From the NCBI GenBank assembly GCA_043228905.1, contig JBHGNT010000004.1, positions 11,904,001 to 11,968,000 on the forward strand: a DNA stretch of 64,000 nucleotides. Direction: 5' to 3'. Source of the stretch: Azolla caroliniana. Its lineage: Eukaryota > Plantae > Polypodiophyta. The notes beneath the pieces are model-generated. The model searched no databases. It saw only the letters and a list, made by a program, of their open reading frames with translations, and was not told the origin of the DNA. Shown here piece after piece: positions 22,925 to 33,768 of this stretch (position 1 is its first letter; each line of letters begins with the position of its first letter). A program made the translations under genes and the position numbers.

Positions 22925-24569
22925 TGTTACCCGGTGGGACATAAGTAACAAGTGTGAAAGGGACAAGAGGACAAGTCTAAAAGTATCAAAAGAAGTCGAG
23001 TACTAAAAATCGAAGGAAGAAACCGAATAACAAGGAAGGAGCGGGTGGGAAAACGTCGAGTTGAAAGGAAGCTATATATATCGAGAAGTGGCGAACACAT
23101 AAGGGACACAAAAGATATTGAATAGGAATCATAAGAGTAGACTAAGCTTAGATTAGAAAAGAGTGAGTGAGTATTGTACCGATTTTACTGGGTACTTGTA
23201 TCTGTATTGTATGCTACAATAATCGAATATATCTATATATACTTGTGGGTAATCACTGTGTCTATCTCCATTTGATCTATCTTATCTACCTAATGTTCGG
23301 TCTGTGTAAGACATGTTATGAATCGGTTGTAGCTTATTCTATAGAGTGTAAATCTCATTTTCATAAACGATCCGATCAGAGCTCAGGTCACGAGTCTCTT
23401 ACGGACCACGATTCCTTAATCGGATTACTCAAGAGGAGTAATTGAAGTTGTTCTCCAAGAGGGAGCAACACAATTTGGCATGCCAAGCTCACACAATGTG
23501 TTCACAGCGAACACAAGCCGCCATAATGGCGCGTCCCAAAGTCACCCGCACTCGAACACCGTCTAGACGTGCCGAACAAGAAGACATCATCACAGACTCC
23601 GCTCTCATGGAGCAATCGTCGCTGGTATCAGACACCCAATCAACAACGGTTCACACCTCCGCCTCGACTAGCGGCAACGCTTCTGAAGTTGACCAACCTG
23701 AAGATAACATCTTGCCGATTGCACCGAAAGACCATAACTTCAACACAATGCCTTACCCACGATACACCGATGGCGCTAATGCAGGAGCCCTTGTTCGAGC
23801 TTTCCTAACCACCTAGCAAGCAAACCATGTGTCACATTGACTGGCCGCGGCCGATGCCGAAACATCAAAAATCGTGGAGTTTGGCTTGTCTCTCGACGGG
23901 CAAGCAACACACTGGTACTCCAACACGATTTGGGGGATTTCATTACCTTTACAATCCTCTGGGACAAGTTCATCTGCCTTTTCCATTGACGGATACCCAA
24001 GCGAGAACTACTAAGCCAATTCTACGCCATCTCGCAAGCGCCTCACGAGACGATCCTAAAGCGTCAGTGTATGTGGAAACATATGAGGATCTGTCTCAGT
24101 TCGTACTCAGAAAGACAACATAGAAAGAGAAGCAAAGATATACACAGATTGAAGCTTTAATGGAAGCTCTATTATGTTCTCTGTCTCTTACTTGTTAATC
24201 CTAGAGGCCGGACAACATCCTAACACAGGGTGTCCACTTAAGACACTTCACCAAAGGGTGTTACAGCAGGATGACTTACGACCCAATGTTTAATTAGACT
24301 TTAATTGGTTACTTAGCAATCCGTAATTAACATGCGTAAGATATAACAATGAATACAGAACGGTAATCAACACTGGAAGATTAAGACAATAAGCTCTATT
24401 AATTATTCGCTCCCGATTACATTGTAACCGGGCCTTTATATAGGTCTCCGGTGCGAAATACAAATCAATGCCAACCGGCACCTTTTCGGGATCGATCCGG
24501 ATCCGGATCGGCATACCGATTCCGGTCCGTCCGTCCACATCTTCTCATATATTACTATATATTTTAAGA

Positions 24570-26098
24570 CTAGGGCCAATTCATCTCGTAATTCCCAAGC
24601 TCTTGGGCTTGCGCCGCCTCTTTCTCCAGGACAGTTTGTGTCTTCGGGGTCTTATTCCTCTGTACATCAACCGGAGTCACCGGTGCTTGAATCTGCGTTG
24701 CGGTTAGGGCCATTTTGGCCATGTCCCCTATGATCCGATCCAAGTCTTGTTCGATGCACTGGATCCTTGACCGGGCCGTCTCCAGTTCATCGGTTGTGAC
24801 GAGCAACCGTTCCGTTTGCGCTCTTTCCTCCGCCTCTATGCATTCGACTACTCTGGCAATTTGTTCTCCTATCCACTAGAGCCATTGGCTGCTGGTGCAC
24901 TGTTGTTGCGCTTGCACGGAGGGTTGGCCGATGGGTTCACTCGCCAGTTGCTGGTCCCGCCTTACTGCGTCGAGCTGCACTTCTGGTTGTGCCTACTGAC
25001 CACTTTGCCGTTCTGGCTCTGAGTGTGTTTCGGCTAATCGCCCCTTGTCTGCTTGTTCTTGGCCGGCTGGGAAGGTTGGCCTTTGTATATCCAGCTCTTG
25101 AGTTACAGGGCTTGCCCGTGCTGCCTGTTGTGCAGGGACTTCTGTGACTAGTTCCATCCGAACCGGTTCCGGTGCCTCCCTTGGCGTGGGATGCTGCGGG
25201 CGTTCCGTCCTTCTGTGGGTCTGAACGCTTCCCGGCTGATTCAACAGTACTCTTCACCGGCCGCCGCTGGAGGTGCTCCGTGGGTTCTTCCTCCATTTCC
25301 TCTGCCTGAGTCCCGACATTCATTCTTGCCGCCAGGGTGTTCGTTTCCTGTTGCACCGGTCGGTGGAGTGGGCTCTTCAGGGGCCGTGCCGGTGTCTCCT
25401 CGCTTGCATTCGTCGGCCGCTTCCGGCTGGCGCGCTCCTTTGCCGCCTTCTCTACGTCGGCCATCTTCCCCTTAGTGGCCTTGGAGGCCAACAATTGTTG
25501 CCGTTTCGAAGCATGTTTCGGGGTACTGTCCGTTGCTCTTCCCCGCTTCTTGGTCTGGACGGGCTCGACCGGTGGCGCCAATAGGGTGAGCCATTGCGTC
25601 ACCGCATGCCATATTTTCCGGCCTTCCTTGCCGTCCTTTCCTCTTACGATATCAATAGTTGTACACAGCCCGTCAACGATCAGCACCGGCCAATCCACCT
25701 TGACCCCTTCATGTTTTGCGATAATCAAGCCTGCTCGGTTCTGAGACATGATGGGGGGTCGAGGGTATACGTGGCCGAAATCATGGAGCACACGGGCAAT
25801 TTCGCGGAATAACATATCTTCGTCGCCCTGTGTCCTGTAGCCCTTGCTGACAAGAGAGTACTCACCGAAATATTTGAATGAGTTGCTCGGAGGTAGGATT
25901 GTCGATCGTGTAGATACCTCCCTCCGGAAGGCCTATTAACGCACGGATCGCCTCCTCCGTGATCACCTTTGTGTCGATTTCTTTGATAATCTTTTCGGCC
26001 TCCTTGTGTGGCGCCGCCTCCATGATCGTTAAGAAACCCTCCAGTCCGTGTTGTCGTAGCCATTTCTTGGCGGCTTCAGACAGCGTTTGGCAGTCCAT
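24570..26098 (-). pseudogene. Extra ORF downstream of pol (unknown function), frameshifted and 3'-truncated
   Basis: Fragments 25862-26098, 24937-25815 and 24570-24806; homologous to 63553-64000 (LSEAAKKWLRQHGLEGFL / LSNAAREWFTKNGLEGFL; EGVKVDW / EGLKVDW). Confidence 0.75.
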
Positions 26099-26505
26099 CT
26101 CTGCGTCGAGGTTTGATGGTGGGGAGAGTGTGAGAGAGAAAGTTCTGAGTGAGGGGGTTCTCAGTGCGCAAGCTCTGTACGATTGATCTTTACGCGTCTG
26201 TCTGCGTCTGTTCTCCTTGGTTCGCGATAGGAGAAGGTCTCGATGCGTGGGGGTTTTTCTTTCTGCACCTTGGTGCCTTTTTCGAGCCTCCGCATGTGCA
26301 GGTCGTGTACTATAATAACATTGCGTGCCATGTGGCGGTGGTTTAATGTCCTATTCATAGCCCCTCGTACCTTTTCGACGTGCCTCTTTACTCCTCGTTT
26401 GCATGGCCGTTTCCACCACTACTTTTCATGATTTATTTGATTCGCCCCTTTCTTTGATTATTTTTATTTTTATTTTTATTTATTTTTGTAAAGTTAATTG
26501 TGTGG

Positions 26506-29500
26506 TTAATTTTTCTCCGGTCCTGTCGGACCCTTACCCGAAACACACACCTTGCCGGCCTCTTGACGATTTGCCGTTGCTTTGCTCTCCTCCTTACCGG
26601 CTTGGTGGTAGCCATTTTCCTCACAGGTTGCCGTTGTGGTTGACCTGCCGGCGTCCGATTCGGCGTCGGCCCTTTGTTCAAATGGGTTCTTTGGCGTAGG
26701 TCCTTTGTATGGCTTTAGTCTAAATCCGTTGACCCATTTACCCAGCACCTCGCCGGCGAGTGTTCCTAACTGGTAAGACCCATTGAACCCGCGTGTGATC
26801 CAGTATGGTCCGGTCCATCTAAACCGTAGTTTGCCTGGCATTTTACCCATCCGGGTTCGGAACACTAGTACCGGCTTGTCGGTTTCGAACATCTTTTCGT
26901 TTCCCTTCCAGTGACGATCTACAAACGCTTTCCGTCTCCGTTGTTCCAATTCTAGGTACATAATGCTCGCCATTCGGTGTTCTTCCAGTTCACACAGAGC
27001 CTTTAACCGAATTGCCTCCGATTCCTTTTCATTGAGTCGTTCCCGAATCTGAATCCGTAAGCTCGGTACCTAGAATTCAACTGGCATGACTGCCTCTAAT
27101 CCGAATGCTAACCGGAATGGCGTTGTTCGGATGCTTGTTTTGTACGCTGTCCGGTAAGCCCAGAGTGCACTATGCAACTTTGTGTCCCAATCTGTTCGAT
27201 TCTCATTGACGATCTTGCGTAGTATATTCTGTAGCGTTTTGGTTGTTGACTCAGCTAATTCGTTGGCTTGTGGGTATTACGAGGTGCTCCGTTTATGTAC
27301 TACCGCATAGAATGACGTCAAGCTCTCCACTACCTGTCCAAGAAAGTGCCCTCCTTGGTCGCTTTTATCAGCTTTATGGGGCATCCATACCGGCACCAAA
27401 TGCATTCGTATAAGAATTTTGCCGTTGACGCCACGGTGTTATCTCATAAGGCTTTGGCTTCCACCCATTTAGTGCAGTAGTCCGTCGCGACGATCACATA
27501 CCTGTTGCCAGTTCTCATTGCCAGTGGTTTAAATGGTCCGACAAAATCCAGTCCCCATTTCTGAAATGGTTCTAGCGGTAGTACTGGCTGGTGTGGCATC
27601 CGAGCTTGTTCCGTTGGTTGACCCATTCATTGGCATAGATCACACTCCTTCGCATACCGGACTGCATCTTTCAATGTCGTCGGCCACCATAGGCCACTTT
27701 GCCATACTTTCCTTGCCGTCGCATCTCCGGCATAATGGCCTCCGGCGACTCCGCAGTGTGCTTCCCGTAGTATTACCTCCTTCTCGTCGCTGCGCACCGC
27801 TCGTCGCCATATCCCGTCTGCACCTTTATGGTAAAGTGTGTCCCGGAGTAAACAGAAGTGCCGGCTTTGTACCACCAGGCGTTTTCTCTCGTCCCGGTTC
27901 ATCTCCTCCGGAGGCAATCCGGTACTCAGAAACTGGTGCATATTAGTTAGCCACTTATCTTCTTGTGCCACCGTTTCATCTGTTGTTGTTTCCGTGGTGA
28001 CTCGAAAAACCTCTGCATCCGGAAACTCGTCCGGTACTCCGTCACCCGTCTCCCCGGAATCTAACCGGCTTAGATAATCTGCTACCGCATGCTGTATGCC
28101 GGGTCGGTGGAATATCTCGAATTTGAACTTCTGCAACAGCAAAGTCCACCGGGCCAACTTACCAGTAAGTGACGCTTTGGATACTAGGTAGAGGAGTGCC
28201 GAATGATCTACATGGAAGGAGAACTTTCTTCCCAATAAATAATGCCTGAATTTTGTTACATTGTAGATCATTCCTAAAGCTTCCCTTTCCGTGGTAGAAT
28301 AATTTCGTTCCGCTTGGGATAGCTTCCGGCTGGCATAGTACACTGGCCGGTACCACCTTGGCTCAGTAAGCTGCATGAGCGTGCTGCCTATTGCGATGAC
28401 GGAGGTGTCCACGAACACATGAAACTCTTTACTCCAATCCGAGGCTGCACTACCGGTGCTTGTGACAATAATACCTTTAGTTCCCGGTACACCTTGTCTT
28501 CGATGTCTGTCCATTGGAACGGTGTTCGGTGTACTGCCGCATGCAGAGGTGTAGCCAAGTCCGCCAAATATCGGAGCATACGGCTATGCCAGCGGATTTG
28601 TCCTAAGAAACGGCTCAATGCCTTTGCCGTTGTGTTGAGAACTCGACGTTCCTTATGTCCGACGCTCGGCCACAACCGAGATTCTTTTCATACACAGAAA
28701 AACAGGTAATGAAAACGCGACACAAAAGAGGAGAAATGGTACACAGGAGGTATACGTGGAAAACCCCAAACTAGGGGAAAAACCACGGCAGCCCACAAGC
28801 TGCAAACTGTCACTATGCAGAAATATACAACAGTGAGATCACTGAGGCAACGACCTCGTGCTCTCAGATCTTCGCCACAGGCGGCAGTTACAACAGAGGC
28901 AACGACCTCGTCTCTCTCTCTCTCTCTCTCTGTCTCTCTGTACAGTTACGCGCTCTGATTTCTTCTTGCACCAACAAGGAAGAATAATAACACACACACA
29001 CACAAAAAAAACTAAAAGTTTGCCCTAAGTCATATTTATACTAATATGACTTTTCGGCTATTTACAAATGTAGCCTCGATGGGCTCCATCCGGCTCTCCG
29101 CAGTCGGGTACTCCTCATCCGGTTCATACCGGGCCTACACCATCCGACTCTCCGCAGTCGGGTACTCCTCATCCGGTTCATACCGGGCCTACACCATCCG
29201 ACTCTCCGAAGTCGGGTTCTCCCCATTCGGTTCATACCGTTTCGGCCTCGGCCGAGTTTGTTCGTCGGCACTGTTCTTCTCCCTTCCCATCCGGAGGGAC
29301 CTGTCTACCAACACGTTGCCGGTGCCGATGCTTCCAGGATTGCTTTCACTTTGTCCGGATCTACGGCAATGCCTTCCTTGCTCACAATATGCCCTAGTAG
29401 CGTTCCGCTAGACACTCCAAATACACACTTCGCCGGATTGAGGCTTAGCCGGTATGCCCTACACTTCTCTAGACATAGTCTGAGATGTTGCAAATGATCT

Positions 29501-32500
29501 TCTTCTCGGCTATAGACGGCGAAGTCGTCAAGGAACACCTGCATAAAAGCCGGTATGTATTCGCCAAAGATCTCCATGATGATCCGTTGGAATGTTGCCG
29601 GCGCCGTTTTCAGTCCGAACATCATCACCACGACAACAAACACTCCCCATTTGGTGTTGAAAGCCGTTTTCTCTTGATCATCAGGGTGCATCCGGATCTG
29701 ATTATACCCGTTGAATCTGTCTAAGAAACTGTAGACTTCATGGCCGGCGACGACATCCAAAACTCCATCCGTAAACGGAAGTGGAAATGCATCCGTTACC
29801 GTTGCCGCATTGAGCTTCCGGTAGTCGACACAAACTCTAATTTTGTCGTTCTTCTTCGGTACGACTACGATCGGGCTCAGCCATGTAGATTTCTTTACAG
29901 GATGGATGAAGCCAACCCTGAGCAATTTGTCGATTTCCTCCTTGACTTTGGCGGCGTAGTTTGGGTTCATCCGGTACCGACGTTGTGCTACCGGCATGGC
30001 GTCTTTGCTCAGATGTATCTGGTGCTGATACAACTGAGGATCCAGCCCTCTCATATCCTCGTAAGACCAGGCAAATACGTCGCGAAACTCGTTGAGGAGT
30101 GTAATTATCGCCGTTTTGTTCTCTGCATTCATTTCTTTGGCGATGTGCACCGGTTTTGCCTCCTCCGCCGTTCCTAGATTTACCTCTTCTAATTGAGACA
30201 CTTTTACGCACTGTGATACGACCATTTCTCTTTCCAACGCCTCCTGTGCTTGCCGTAACTCCCGGATTGCTTCTTTATCCGGTTCCGTCCGGTTGCAGTA
30301 AGTAGGGTGATACCGCTTCGGCGACGTCAATTTCGAATAGGGGTACAATCTTCGGGTTCTCCTGCAAGTACTGATCTTCTTCTTCGTCTGCTAATCCTTC
30401 CAGCATATTGACGCACTCCGCATATAACGGTGTCAGATCCTTGCCGGTGCCCTTCCTTGGTTGTGTTGGTACCCGTACCTTCGCTTTTCCCCGCCAGAAC
30501 GTAATCATATTCCTCCTCCAGTTCTGCTTGATGTGTGCCGTCTTTAACCAAGGGCGTCCCAACAATAATGGGTATGCTCCTTGAGCCTGCAACTGGAGAA
30601 CTACGGCTGAGATTCGGAATGTGTGGCCCCCGATGGTTACTTCTAAGTCCCGTATTAATCCTGTCGGTCGCACCGAGCTCATGTTCGCCATTCGGAGCCA
30701 GAACGGACATGGCTCCCACTCTTGGATTCCAAGAGCATCGCACGTCCGGAGGCTTATTACATTAACTCCGGAGCCTCCGTCTATTATCGTGTCGGGGAGT
30801 TCTTTCCCTTTCACAATGGCAGTAATTGCCGGACTGTTGGTGTCCACCACCGCCGGTCCCTCCTCCGGATTTGAGAAGAATGTCGGAGCTGATGGTGTTC
30901 TGCCTGTTGTCATGCCGGACTTGAGTCCTTCTATGAATCTTGGTACGAGTTGCAAGAGTTGTCCTAACGACAACGTGATCTGGCATTCCTGTAATGCCTG
31001 CCATGTCGCGTTTTCGGACTGACTGCCGCCGGTGAGCTCTTCGGTGTTCTCCTTTTGCTGCGCAAGTTTTGCTACGTTTCGCTCATTTGCCTTTTTCACC
31101 CATTCCGTTCCATGTTTCCGGATGGTCTCTTGTGTCTCCGATTCCGTCATCTTGCCCTTCGACCTTGTGGTGACCTGCTGTAGGTCTGCGACTTCGGCGA
31201 CTACCATGTTTACTGTCGGTCGCTTATCATAGCTCTTTGCTGGACATTGATTACTATAATGTCCTTGCCGGCAATAATAGCAATATGGTTTCCGGGTATT
31301 GCTGGATTCGGCATTGTTTCCTGTACCCGGTGGAGGACCTGTGGTAACCGTGGGGCTCTGGTCCTGTTGGCTGCTTGAGGCACCTTTTTCCGGTTCACGT
31401 GGGTGGCTCCCTTTTTTGAAATGCCGTTTTTTATTAAAGTTCTTTTTGTTGCGGTACCCTTGCCGGGGTTGGTCGTCATATCTCCCGTAATCTTCCCGTC
31501 GTTCGTGATACCCGGGGGAGTGATCCCGGTTGTGATGCTTGTACCGTCCATTGTAATCTTGGTACTAGTCATATCTCTTGTACCGATCATAGTTGTCTCG
31601 CCGATCGTCGTACCGGACATCCTGTGCCGGTCGATATCGCTCCTCTCACTGCTAGCGTTCATCTTCTTTGTCTCGGTTGCTACGTGGCTCGATTTGCCGG
31701 ACTGGTGGTGCTTGCCGATTCAATAAGTTATATTCGCACCGATCCATCGTGTGGCTCGTAGAGTGGCAGAGTAAGCAGTGCGTCCGCATGGTGCACTCCA
31801 GTGATGAGTGTCCGGCGTTCAAGCAGGTCATGCATTGGATTGCTTGCCGGAAACGGAGATCCTCTTCGGTTGGTAACGCTCGTTGGAGGGCTCCCATTGT
31901 TAGCCAAGAGCTCGTTTTTTCCATTTCTCTAACCCGGTCGATGACCTAGTCGACGGTGCTTGTGCGAAAGTCGATGATCGTGCATACCGTTCGTAGAGGT
32001 TCCCGGAGTGTCGCTAAAAATATAGCCTGTGTTTCTTCCTCCGGAGGTGCGCGAGTAAGCTGACTATGCATCTATTGAAACCGGATGACAAACTGCGGGA
32101 TGCTCTCCCCTGGGTCCAGCCGGATGGTATAAAATAAGCCCACCATTTCTCACTGGTCCACCTCCTTATGAAAGAAGTGCAAGAATTTGTCTTTCAGGTC
32201 CGCAAAGGTGGTGATGGCGCTGGGGTCCTGCGTTCGGTGCCATCTGGCGGCCAGTCCTTCCAATGTCACGCCGAATTCAACTATCTTAGATCGTTCCTCT
32301 TCGGCCGCGGTTAACCGTTGTGACACATGGTTCGCCTCCCATGTTTGTTGAAACGCGTGAACATGAGCCTCCACGTCCGGGTCATCCCGATACTTGGAGT
32401 ACTCGAACGACATGTCGTCGTCCGGTGTCGGTACGCGGGTTGGTGGTGTTGGTGGTCTTTCCTGTTGTTCCGTCGGCGTCAGAGGTCTTTGCCGGTCTTC

Positions 32501-32869
32501 CCTTGGTGTTGCCGGCTCGAATTCCAGTGTCGGAGGTCTTTCTTTGTCTTCTTCCGTCTCCGGAGGTTGCTCCACGTCTAGTGCCAGGGGTTCCCGGTCT
32601 GCCAACTCTGGTTCCAATGTCGGTATTGTATCCGACTCCTCGTCCTCCGGTCCTCCTAGGGTGTCGTTACTGCTACGATAGTTCATGTGCGCGCTGTAAC
32701 CCCCTTCCGAATCCGATTCCAGCGCTGAAAATGCTTCGGATTCGCCGTCTCTTCCAGCCAAGGCCTGGAGAAGGGATTCCACTTCCCGGAGACTACTTAA
32801 GATGCTTCCTTCGTCTGGGTAGGCATTTTGTTGCAGACGGAACGACTCCTCCGCCACTTTCCGGATCAC
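26506..32869 (-). pseudogene. gag-pol of the 24193-33509 element (gag ~31210-32869, PR 30275-31207, RT 29314-30348, RH/IN 26506-28632), with stops, frameshifts and a solo-LTR insertion
   Basis: ORF-track fragments with canonical Ty3/gypsy motifs in PR-RT-RH-IN order. Confidence 0.9.
28633..29313 (-). mobile_element. Solo LTR of the Tnt1-like copia family, inserted in gypsy pol; contains about 2.6 copies of a 54-bp unit (29086-29230)
   Basis: TG...CA ends, perfect TSD CGTTG (28628-28632 / 29314-29318), homology to LTR 3539-4255. Confidence 0.92.
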
Positions 32870-33509
32870 TTTGGAAAATGATCGATCCGTTCAGATTTCT
32901 TCCGCTGCTTGCTGGAAAGCCTCTCGTCGCCTTCTCCGTTCAGCAAGTCTTCATGCTCTCTACGTAACCGGGTCGTCTATTGGCCTAGTCATCCATTCCC
33001 GCTGTTGTTCACTGCGATTGTGCAGGAATCGTGGTCGCCAAAAACTGTGTTAATCCTAGAGGCCGGACAACAGCCTAACACAGGGTGTCCACTTAAGACA
33101 CTTCACCAAAGGGTGTTACGGCAGGATGACTTACGACCCAACGTTTAATTAGACTTTAATTGGTTACTTAGCAATCCTTAATTAACACGCGTAAGATATA
33201 ACAATGAATACAAAATGGTAATCAACACTGGAAGATTAAGACAATAAGCTCTATTAATTATCCGCTCCCTATTACATTGTAACCAGGCCATTATATAGGT
33301 CTCCGGTGCGAAATACAAAACGGTGCCAACCGGCACCTTTTCGGGATCGGTCTGGATCCGGATCGGCATACCGATTCCGGTCCGTCCGTCCACATCTTCT
33401 CATATATTACTATATATTTTAAGGCTACTAATTACAACAGTTCCCGAATAAACTATTCCTTTCACACTCTGGTTTGGACCTCCTTAAGCCTTCTTGCCAG
33501 CCGGTAACA

Positions 33510-33768
33510 CATGGCACGCCCGTGGGACAGTACCTTGTACGTCGAACCCATTATCCGGCCCTCTTACGCTTCGTCCAAAATGTCCAGAATGCTTTGCTCC
33601 AGAATTTCCAGTGGATCGTCGGGAATCTGTTGTTGCTGCTATGGCTACTGCTGCTGTGGCTGATGTTCCGTGTGTGCCTTCTCCGTTTGGGGTTGCGGCT
33701 CCATTTGTCGCTCTGGCACCGGCGTTTCCTTCGTTGGTTCCTCCGTCAAAGTTGTCTCTGGCTGACTG
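33510..33768 (-). mobile_element. 3' internal end of a second tandem copy of the gypsy family: Q/E-rich extra-ORF tail plus tRNA-like site at the PPT position
   Basis: Minus strand ...QQQQIPDDPLEILEQSILDILDEA*, then TGGGTTCGA..GTCCCACGGGCGTGCCA-TG-[TGTTACC LTR]. Confidence 0.75.

Larger units (their letters stand above)
24193..33509 (-). mobile_element. Ty3/gypsy non-chromovirus (Athila/Selgy-like) element: LTR 33048-33509, Arg-type PBS 33029-33040, gag-PR-RT-RH-IN, extra 3' ORF, truncated 3' LTR 24193-~24571
   Basis: Near-identical LTR segments at 24193 and 33048; IIDGGSG protease, VFLDDF RT, RNase H, HCGVAGGH...CDLC integrase, RWTGPY; no chromodomain. Confidence 0.92.

Noticed and set aside
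22930-22940. CCCGGTGGGAC near the start of LTR 22925, resembling part of an Arg PBS
   Set aside because: It lacks the TGG end, sits inside the LTR and is not seen in the related LTR starts; likely chance.
33512-33550. Genuine tRNA gene or tRNA-derived SINE (also 7365-7392)
   Set aside because: Only the T-arm and acceptor 3' strand with encoded CCA are present; there is no D-arm, anticodon arm or box A, and the position is fixed relative to the LTR.
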